Shown piece after piece: positions 54,518-64,000 of a DNA stretch of 64,000 bases. This DNA comes from Octopus vulgaris. Its lineage: Eukaryota. A model generated the notes under the pieces. The model was not told the DNA's origin. It was given only the letters and a program-made list of their open reading frames with translations, and did not search any database. The stretch spans positions 55,304,001-55,368,000 of the forward strand of contig OX597824.1 in assembly GCA_951406725.2 (NCBI GenBank), written 5' to 3'. The position numbers were made by a program, and so were the translations under genes. The first letter of the stretch is position 1; every line of letters starts with the position of its first letter.

Positions 54518-56222
54518 TCATCATCATCATCATTGTTTAACGTCCGTTTTCCATGCTAGCATGGGTTGGACGGTTCGACTGGAATCTGGGAAGCCAGGGG
54601 CTGCACCAGGCTCCAGTCTGATCTGGCAGTGTTTCTACAGCTGGATGCCCTTCTTATGCCAACCACTCCGCGAGTGTAGTGGGTGCCAGGGGAGTCTGGC
54701 ATCGGCCACGATCGGTTGGTGCTTTTAAGCCAGTCAAGGCGGCGCTGGCATCGGCCACGTTCATATGGTGCTTTTTATGTGCCACTGGCACAGGTATCAC
54801 AACTACTATTTCCATTGATATTTATTTTGATGTTCATGTACTTGACTCAATAGGTCTCCTCAAGCACAGCGGGATGTTCTGGAATCCAAGGTACTTTGAA
54901 TGGGCAGGGGCTATGCGGACCTGGTGCAGGAAGCAGCCCGGGTCTTTGCAGTCACAGCATATCTCCAGAGATCTCGGTCCTTCGCTATTGCCTCTGTGAG
55001 GCCCAACGCTCTGAGGTCATGCTTGACTACCTCATCCCATGTCTTCCTGGGTCTACCTCTCCCCCTGATACCTTCAACTGTTAGGGAGCCGCACTTCTTC
55101 ACACATCTCTCCTCATCCATCCGCAGTACATGACCATACCATCGCAAGCGGCACGCTTGTACACCACATCTGATGCTTCTTATGTCCAATATTTCTCTCA
55201 GAGTGCTTACACTCTGTCGTGTGTGCACACTGACATTACACATCCAGCGGATCATGCTAGCTTCATTTCTTTCAAGTCTACGCATGTCCTCTGCAGTCAC
55301 AGCCCATGTTTCACTACCGTGAAGCATGGCAGTTCGCACACATGCATCATACAATCTACCTTTCGCTCTGAGCGAGAGACCCTTTGTCGCCAGTAGGAGT
55401 AGGAGCTTTCTAAACTTTGCCCAGGCTATTCGTATTCTAGTGGTGACACTCTCTGAGCATCCACCTCCACTACTAACTTGGTCACCCAGGTAGCGGAAAC
55501 TATCAACTACTTCTAGTTTCTCCCCCTGGAGTGTGATGGAATCTGTTTTCTGAGTATCTGTGGTGTCTATTGTCCCTGAGCATCTGCCGCACATGAAAGC
55601 TATCTTATCAGTTAATTTCCCTTTGATGTTACTGCACCTCTTATGTGTCCATAGCTTACACTGGGTACATCTTATGGAGTTTCTACCTACACCTTTCCTA
55701 CATATTGAGCAGGGCCACCTGCCCGAGGGGGTGTGTGCTGAGATCACCTTTCTGCTTACTATAACTTTGGTCTTTGCTACATTTACTCTAAGGCCCTTTG
55801 ATTCTAACCCTTGCTTCCACAGCCGAAATTTCTTTTCTAGTTCCGGTAGTGATTCTGCTATGAGCGCCAGGTCATTAGCATAGAGGGCAACCTGTTTTGA
55901 ATTTCTCTGTTATTGCCTGGAGGACTATGATGAATAAAAGGGGACTGAGGGCTGAGCCTTGGTGTACACCTACTTCTACCTGGAATTCTTCACTATATTC
56001 GTTGCCAATCCTAACCTTGCTGACAGCCTCTCTGTATAGGGCCTGTACAGCCCTTATTAGCCATTCGTCAATCTCCAGTTTCCGCATCGACCACCAGATA
56101 AGGGATCGGGGGACCCCGTAAAAGGCTTTCTCCAAGTCCACAAAAGCTATGTAGAGGGGTTTATCTTTAGCTAGGTACTTCTCTTGCAGTTGTCGGATCA
56201 GGAATATAGCATCAGTGGTGCT
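54518..56222 (-). mobile_element. RTE LINE, 5'-truncated within RT, relatively young
   Basis: FVDLEKAFYGVPR, GVHQGSALSPLLFIIVL, LYANDLAL, PHD-like Cys motif, FRYLGDQVS, GRGRPRKTW; (gat)n tail. Confidence 0.92.
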
Positions 56223-56489
56223 TATTTATATATATATGTAATTCACAGTATATGGATTCAGCTAATCCAGTGGTATTCATAAAAAGAGCTCCTTAATGTA
56301 TCATTCTATAAAACACATAGAATATATAGTACGATGCAAAAGAAGAATATAAGAAGTGTATAGAATTATAGAGAAATATACCAATATTATTTACTTTTTC
56401 CTTTTTAATATCTTACTAAATTTCCCTTCCCTTTTAAAGAAAACCATTTTATTAACTCGATTTTATTTTTATTGTCTTCCATATCTTAT

Positions 56490-57997
56490 CTTCATCATCA
56501 TTATCATCATTGTTTAATGTCCACTTTCCATGCTGGCATGGGTTGGATGGTTTAACTGAGAACTGGCAAGCTAGGAGGCTGCTGGTAAGGTTTCTACAGT
56601 TGGATGCCCTTCCTAATGCCAACCACTCTGAGAGTGTAGTGGGTGTTTTTTATGTGTCACCTGCATGGGTGTCAGTCAGGGGGCACTAGCATCAGCCACA
56701 ACTACAATTTCAGTTGACCCAACAGGTCTTCTTAAGTACAACATATTGCTTGATGATTGAAGGGTACTTTTAAACAGGGCGGTTTTATGACACTGGCATC
56801 AACCATGGCTATGATCTCACTTGGCTTGCCAGGTCTTCTCATGCACAGCATATCTCCAAAGGTCTTGGTCGCTTGTCATTGCCTTGGTGAGGCCCAACAT
56901 TTGAAGGTCATGCTTCACCACTTCATCTCATATCTTCCTGGCTCTACCTCTTCCACAAGTTCTCTCCATTGTTAGGGTGTGAAACTTTTTCACACAGCTG
57001 TTCTCATCCATACACAACACATAACCATACCAGCACAGTCATTTCTCTTGCACACCACATCTGATGCTTTTTATGTCCGATTTTTCTCTCAGGGTGCTTA
57101 CACTTTGTCATGTATGCGCACTGACATTACACATCCAGCGGAGCATACTAGCTTCATTTCTTTGAAGCCTATGCATGTCCTCAGCAGTCACAGCCCATGG
57201 TTCACTATCGTGCAGCATGGCTGTTCACACATACATGCATCATACAGTCTACCTAAGCGAGAGGCTCTTTGATATCAGCAAAGGTAGGAGCTCTCTGAAC
57301 TTTGCCCAGGCTATTCTTATTCTCGCAGCTACGCACTCAGAAAATTTGCACTCCCTCTTCACTACTGATTTGGTCACCTAGGTAACAGAAGCTATCAACT
57401 ACTAGTTTTTCCACCTGGCATGTGATGGAATATATTTGCTGTACATCTTTGGTATTTATTGCACCTGTGCATCTCCCACATACAAAAACTATCTTCTCAG
57501 TTAATCTTCCTTTGATATTGTTGTACATCTTATGTGTCCCAAACTTACACTAAGTACATTTTATAGAGTTTCTACCTCCACCTTTTCTACAGATTGAGCA
57601 GGGCCATCTACCTAAAGGGATTTGTGATTTGTCTGCCTTCCAACTTACTAAGACTTTGGTTTTTGCTACATTGACTCTAAGGTCCTTCAATTCAAGACCT
57701 TGCTTCCACACCTGAAACATCTCTAGTTCTGGTAGTGACTCAGCTATTTAGAGTAAGATCATCACCATAGAGGATCTCCCAAGGACAGCCTGCCTTGAAT
57801 TCCTCTGTTATTGCCTGGAGGCCTATGATGAATAATAGGGGGTTGAGGACTGATCCTTGGTGGACTCCAACTTCTACCCGGAATTCTTCACTAAACTCGT
57901 TGCCAACCTTCACTTTACTGACAGCATCTCTGTATATGGCTTGTACAGCTCTCACTAACCACTCATCCATCCTTAGTTTCCACGTTGATGACCAGAT
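56490..57997 (-). mobile_element. Older RTE LINE copy
   Basis: GVHQGSVLNPLLFIIGL..CPWEILYGDDL and FVCGRCTG..FCYLGDQIS; decayed tail. Confidence 0.88.
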
Positions 57998-58006
57998 AAT
58001 ACGTCT

Positions 58007-58404
58007 GGTTATTGATTGGCTAAAATTACCCAAAATATGAAACATTAAGAACTATTAACTTTTTATTCATTTATGGCAAAAAGGAATTTTATTTCCTAAT
58101 TATCATTCAAAACTGGATGAGCACATTCTGAAAGGTGCTTGAGAATGTTTTCAAAACTGTTTTTCCAAATTGTTCTCACCAAAATTTTTCATCTACATAT
58201 TATTCAACTATGTCTGTGTGTACGCCCATCATACTCTTAAAATGTCTTACATTCTTCCAATAACATTCAACAGAATTTGTGTGGACATTTGTTTTTAGAT
58301 CTACAAACTTTTCAGAATGGTTCACCTTGAAATGGGTGTATTTTGGGGTCACATCCATTTCAGTAATACCATTGTACGCACCCCAACAATCAGAATATAT
58401 GGTC
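58007..58404 (-). mobile_element. Merlin (IS1595/ISXO2-like) transposase C-terminal fragment
   Basis: TTIYSDCWGAYNGI..YTHFKVNHSEKFVDLKTNVHTNSVECYWKNV matches the Merlin DDE pattern (TD.W..Y..H..VNHS..FV....HT..IE..W). Confidence 0.8.
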
Positions 58405-58612
58405 GTACTACCTGATTGGCCCTCGTGCTGGTGGCACGTAAAAGCACCCACTACACTCTCGGAGTGGTTGGTGTTAGGGAGGGTATCCAATTGTAGAAAC
58501 TCTGCCAGATCAAGATTGAAGCCTGGTGCAGCCATCTGGTTTGCCAGCCCTCAGTCATTTGTCCAGCCCATGCTAGCATGGAAAGCGGATGTTAAACGAT
58601 GATGATGATGAT
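58405..58612 (+). mobile_element. RTE 3' UTR fragment
   Basis: ggcacgtaaaagcaccc..ccatgctagcatggaaagcggatgttaaacgatgatgat. Confidence 0.85.
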
Positions 58613-58639
58613 ATATATATATGTATATATATATATGTA

Positions 58640-58868
58640 GGCTGCGAGCTGGCAGAAACGTTAGCGCGCCAGGCGAAATGCGTAGCCGTATTTCGTCTGT
58701 CGTTACGTTCTGAGTTCAAATTCCGCCGAGGTCGACTTTGCCTTTCATCCTCTCGGGGTCGATAAATAAAGTACCAGTTACGCACTGGGTCGATGTAATC
58801 GACTCAATCCCTTTGTCTGTCCTTGTTTGTCTCCTCTATGTTTAGCCCCTTGTGGGTAGTAAAGAAAT
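58640..58868 (+). mobile_element. Young SINE
   Basis: gagctggcagaaacgttagc..gagttcaaattcc (B-box), then gtcgactttgcctttcatcct..ggggtcgataaa central domain; CpGs retained. Confidence 0.8.
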
Positions 58869-58883
58869 ATATATATATATGTA

Positions 58884-58988
58884 GCCAGCGGGGTGGCGTT
58901 ATTTGAAGGCTAAAACAATGCGAAGCGCATTGTGACCATCGATGTGTAGCAACATCTGATAGTCTGGTCAGTCACGGTGATCACGGTG

Positions 58989-58990
<2 letters not shown>
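58884..58990 (+). mobile_element. SINE 3'-tail fragment
   Basis: ggctaaaacaatgcgaagcgcattgtgacc..tcacggtgatcacggtgat, embedded in (TA)n. Confidence 0.5.
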
Positions 58991-59026
<36 letters not shown>

Positions 59027-59053
59027 GTATATATATATGTATGTGTGTGTGTG

Positions 59054-59091
<38 letters not shown>

Positions 59092-61197
59092 ATCCAAACA
59101 TGAAAACACAAAGAGAAAACACAACAACGCAAAGACGTGGAACAAGTATAGTATTCTTGGATGCTCAGGAAAGCAGGAGGGTTTAACGTCTTGAGCGAAG
59201 CTCTTCGTTAGAAATATAGGAAAAAGAAAGATCCAAAGAAGGGAAGACGGATGGAAAAAAATCGCCAACAGTCACAATGTTCCTTATGGAGTTAAAAACT
59301 GAGTTGTTGATTTTAATGTATGGGGTATCAAAAGATTCAGTAATCTTTCAGCTACTAAATAATATGTTTTTTACACAACAACTCTTTTTTACTAGAAAAG
59401 GAATCTCGAAAATGTGGTCGGGTCACACTGTTTTGAGGTCTTTATCTTAGGAAGGCAACTCTACCTGAACACTGTTTATGTCTAAGATAGAGCATAATGT
59501 GAAAATGTTTAAATGGAGTTTTACCAGGAAATGAAACTTCGAAGGTATACCATCAACTCTATTAGTATTACTTAGTAGATAATCTTTTAAATGTGAAGTA
59601 TGTTTGTCTTTGTTTTGTTTAGCCCAGAGTTGCCTCTGATGTAACAGACCCATCACATAGATTTTTTTTCTTTCCTGAAATACTGTAAATCTGTTTTTCT
59701 TTTGATGTAAGAGTGTATTTTAAGAGAGATTTGGCTGTTATCTGTAGTAGCTCAAGTTACCACTGAGACACCTGTGTTTGTTTGTGTGTGTGTGTGTGCG
59801 TTTTGTTGTAAAAAATATATTTTCTCAGAATATTTTGCACAATAACTTTTTAAGAAATCTCGACATCTTTCTTACTGCTAACTATTCAACTTCAAATTAC
59901 AATTGTTAATTGTTGGAAGTCAGCTAGACTGAAATGTACATATAGTGTTATTGTATAGTATGGAAGTTCAATATGAAGTTTTGAACTCATTATCTTGTGG
60001 TTAGTAATCCATTACCTTAAATTTGAAACCATTAAGTCTTTAAGCATTATTTTACTGAGTTTAGTCTTTTGACTGTCGCTAAGATGGGATATCACCTTCA
60101 AAAATTTAATTGATTATACTGACCTCAGTACATATTTGAATCTGGCATTTATCTTATAGATCTCTGCTCGATGAATTTTGAGACATAGGTGGGGACAGTA
60201 CTCAATTTAACAACAAATGTAAACACACACACACCTTAGCTGCAATATTTTAGGTAAAAATTTTCTTGTGTACTTTAGCAGATGTAATAAGTTGTCCTGA
60301 ACTTTTCGAAGTGTAATAACTTGTCCTGTAATTTTCTAAGGTTATAATCTGAAGAATAATATTTCTTTTGCTTGCATTTTTCCATGTAATATAACATATG
60401 TGAGTTTCTGCAAATTGATTGTCACTATTGCATAACTCAGTTGATCTAATTAACTTACTGCCTTGATATTATCAGCAAAAAGGTACAATACAGTGTTTGT
60501 TTTATGCCTGTATATTACTGAGTCATGTATTATAGATAAACAAATTACTATAGTAGAACAGAGTTTAATAGAGGATGAGTTAACAGGATGGCATGTAGAG
60601 AGGAAACACAAACAGAAGAGCAGAAGGCAGTAGTGGACATGTCCAATCTCACACACATCCTTGTAGGCCCATACAAACCCCTTAACCACATTGCACTCAC
60701 ATACAGTTGAAAGAAAGGAGTCAAAATAGGAAGGCCATGAGTCAGTGTAGCGGTAATAATACAACATTAAAACTAACAACAACAATCATTAGCATGTATT
60801 GAAGTGTGATAGCGAGATAGTAGATTTTTTGTTTTTGTTAGTATTTAAGCTAAACTAGTTCCAGTATGGTAGACAAAGTTTTCAGCCAGTGCATTTGCAA
60901 ATTGGCCTGTAAATCAAAGTCATTCACAAATTGTTCAACCATTAGTACACAAACACACATCTTCACATCCATTCACGTGTGTGCACAAACACATACACCC
61001 AAATCTATAGATATTTATGTCCCACACAAACTTCCATATTTGCATGCAGTTACATAGCCATATATATATATAATATTAATTAGAGACAAAACCACTATTT
61101 TGCAAAACAATATTATATAATATTTTACTATAAAATTGGATTTAATCCTAAATCTGATTTTTTCCCTGTAAATTTGGATTTATTCCCTAATATTTAT

Positions 61198-61234
<37 letters not shown>

Positions 61235-61641
61235 CACTGTCTTCACCACACACATATACCAACTTTGCTCCCTTCATATACTACTACATATGCATGTACA
61301 CACAGTCCCTGTAAGATTTTCATGCATGTGTGTTTGTTAACTTTTACAAGTACATTAAAGAAATGCATTAAATGCAAATGCATTAAAGAACACTGCAAGT
61401 GTTTCAAGGTACTGTATGTATTCACACAGGAATACTGTATGTATTCCACAATGTATTCACACAGGAAGGTGTAACATGATTCAAGTCGGATATCATTGCT
61501 TCAGGCAGTGCAGACCTGGGAATAGTCAAGTTGTTTATGCATTAAGGAATAATTTGCTTGGTATAATTACGTTTAATGAAGACAGTGGTAGCACCTGATA
61601 TTTTGCAGTTTTGCCTTTAATACAGGTATGCCTAAGATACA

Positions 61642-62456
61642 CAAAGGGGTACCCAAAAGAAACCAGAATTTTGCAATGTTATTTTATTCACTTAGTTTTA
61701 CATGTTTACATTTTTATCATGTTCAAAGAATTCTCCATTTGAAGCAACGCATCGGTCCAGACAAGTTTTCCACTGTTCAAAGCAATGCTGGAACTCTTGC
61801 AAAGTGATACCTTTTAACGTCTCTGTTGTTTTTTCCTTCACTTCTTCCACATCTGCAGATTCCATAGCACCCACTTTCATCACCAGTGATGACCTTCGAA
61901 AAAAGATCCAAATCAACTTCCATCTGTTCTTTCAGTGCATGACATGCATTCAATCATGACTGCTTTTGATCTTCCATGAGCAAACAAGGCATAAATTTTG
62001 CTGCAATTCTTTTCATTTGCAATTCCTCACTGAAAATTTGTTGGTTGGATGCACCAATCATAGCAACAAGTTTGCCAATTCTTCAGTGATGGTCCTCCAA
62101 GATCAGTTCATGAATTTTCATTATATTTTCATTTGTTCTGGAGGTCAATGGTCACCCTGAATAATGTAAGTCATTTAAAGTATGACAACTGTTTTGGCTG
62201 CTGTGTTCCCCAGCAGAAAACAGAATTTCATAGAAGCATGCTGTTTCTTCATTTCAGCCATCACAAAAATCAATGAAAAAGAGAGAAGCACAGCAAAACA
62301 AAGACACACCATGTGGCAGTACGACTTCACCCAATGATACTAGTAGGCAAACTGATGCCTGAGGATTGCATCAAGTAGCTTCTAGCAGCAGATGCCTGAA
62401 CTACAACGGGCTTGTCCCACAGAGAATGTTTCGAGCTACTTTTGTGTACCCCTTCG
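61642..62456 (-). mobile_element. Internally deleted mariner element
   Basis: Imperfect TIRs caaaggggtacccaaaag / cttttgtgtaccccttcg|ta. Transposase C-terminus ADVEEVKEKTTETLKGITLQEFQHCFEQWKTCLDRCVASNGEFFE. Confidence 0.8.
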
Positions 62457-63179
62457 TATATACTTGGTGGACAGGAGGGAGTTTATGCAGAGATACAGTC
62501 ATGGAGGGCATACAGGTATAGAATATTGTATTGCTTTCCATTAGTGTAACAATTGAACAAGATTGTAGTGGCTAATGTTACTGTATCAATCTTAGTAGTA
62601 GTAGTAGACTAACATATTTTGTCATAGTTGAAGTTATTGCCAATCTTATTGTGGCTGAATGTCTGACTTTCCCTGTGGATGTAGTAAATCTCTGACTCAT
62701 TTCTTTTATTAAGTAGCTATTGTTAACTTAGAATATGTGTTTATTAATAAAAGTTTAATAACGATAATCTTTTATTCATACGAACATAACTGATATGAAA
62801 ATATGTCATAAATAACAGGGACAATTTCATATGACACCGGAAATAATTGTTGTTGACACATTACGGCAGAAATTGAATTCACCTCAATAGACGTCATTGA
62901 TTGGTTGAAATTGCCGAAATGCAATAAATTAAAGACCAAATATCTTACAAACTACAGAATTTTCTCAAGAAAGCCAAGAGAAAAAGATGTTTTATAAACA
63001 CATTCTACCAGTATACGAAGTTTAAAAGTGTTTAGTTACAAAGAAATAATTTTAAAAATCTGCTGGTCAAAGCGAAAAGATCCGAGTTGGCACACTAGAG
63101 TTGGCACCATGGCATTTGGTAATTACAAGAGGAGTCCTGTTTTGAGGTGTCCCCAGAACAGTCTGTTTCCAAACCTGAG

Positions 63180-63800
63180 CTAATGCCAACATTATATTAT
63201 TAAGTTTGTACCTATTATAGGCAGCTATTCTGCTGGCCACATTGGGTGTGATTGAGTACAACTTAATCATATTTCCATTAGATATTCTATATTATCTATG
63301 TTGTGGCAGAAAGAACCTAGTATCTGGAAGATCTTTTGAGTATTAGTTTTCATACTATGACAGAAGAGTGAGCCATACCATATTACTTGCCTTCTTCTAT
63401 GTCTTTTCCTATTGCTAGGATGTATATTCTTCCCTGAAGGATTGTCTAGTGTTCTTGATTTCTTTCTAATGTGGCTAGGTTTGGAATTCTGAGACAATAT
63501 TAGTTTCATTTCAGAGTTGCACCCACTTTTCTTGTTTCACCCTTTCCCCATGCACAGGCTAGTGGGTTGATTAGTTGCTCTTGTGAGGCTTGGATTATCC
63601 TTAAAATAGGAAGTTTCCTATTGGTCTCATCGGTGTCCCTTAAGTGTCCTAGGGTTCCACCCCTACAATTAGATATAGTAGTTTTGAGAGGGATCTTGCT
63701 ACACTTCCTGGCTATTTTTACATTACTTCTGCATTTTTTGAAGACTCATTTAAGTTTAGTATTCATAATGAACTTAATCTTTTCACTGTAACTTCTACTG
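63180..63800 (-). mobile_element. Decayed Penelope-like fragment
   Basis: KRHRRRQVIWYGSLFCHSMKTNTQKIF resembles the PLE RKIIWFNPPF..VKTNIG motif, followed by IKLYSITPNVASRIAAYN. Confidence 0.65.
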
Positions 63801-64000
63801 AGTGTCTCATGATATCTAACATAACACTGGTCAACAAAAAAAGATTTATTATCTGCTACCCAGTCAAATGGTGCTATGCTAATCTAAATTGAGTATGCTG
63901 ATTCTGAATCTGAACTCAGAATTGCTGTAGCGTGTCAGGATTTTGAGTTTTGCACATAATTATATATTAGTACTGTATATAGTAAATTTATGTTCAAGGC

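Noticed and set aside
60450-60785. 111-aa minus-strand ORF
   Set aside because: No motif or clear splice structure; consistent with chance.

Overview
AT-rich, repeat-dominated eukaryotic (animal) genomic DNA, not prokaryotic. The SINE/RTE/Penelope/Helitron repertoire and huge (TA)n arrays resemble an octopus/cephalopod genome (inference from recalled repeat families, not a database search). Nearly all recognisable coding sequence is decayed transposon: Penelope-like elements (RT + GIY-YIG, with hammerhead-ribozyme motifs), three LTR elements (one Gypsy with pol remnants, two lacking pol), many RTE LINE fragments carrying a PHD-like finger, two CR1-like LINEs flanking a 100-N gap, Helitrons, a Tc1 IR/DR element, a mariner, a Merlin fragment and tRNA-derived SINEs. 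Host-gene signal is limited to one clean 93-bp exon candidate (49392-49484) and a CpG-richer promoter-like zone (~21.3-22 kb). Most notable: (1) a 2.0-kb ORF1-only (HAL1-like) retroelement with a 12-bp TSD inserted in the tRNA-derived head of a SINE; (2) a core-intact hammerhead ribozyme at 7069-7158; (3) a ~290-bp palindrome carrying hammerhead-like cores on both strands at 52514-52805; (4) a C4HC3 PHD finger inside the RTE ORF. All family calls come from manual motif reading. Boundaries without TSD/TIR support are approximate.
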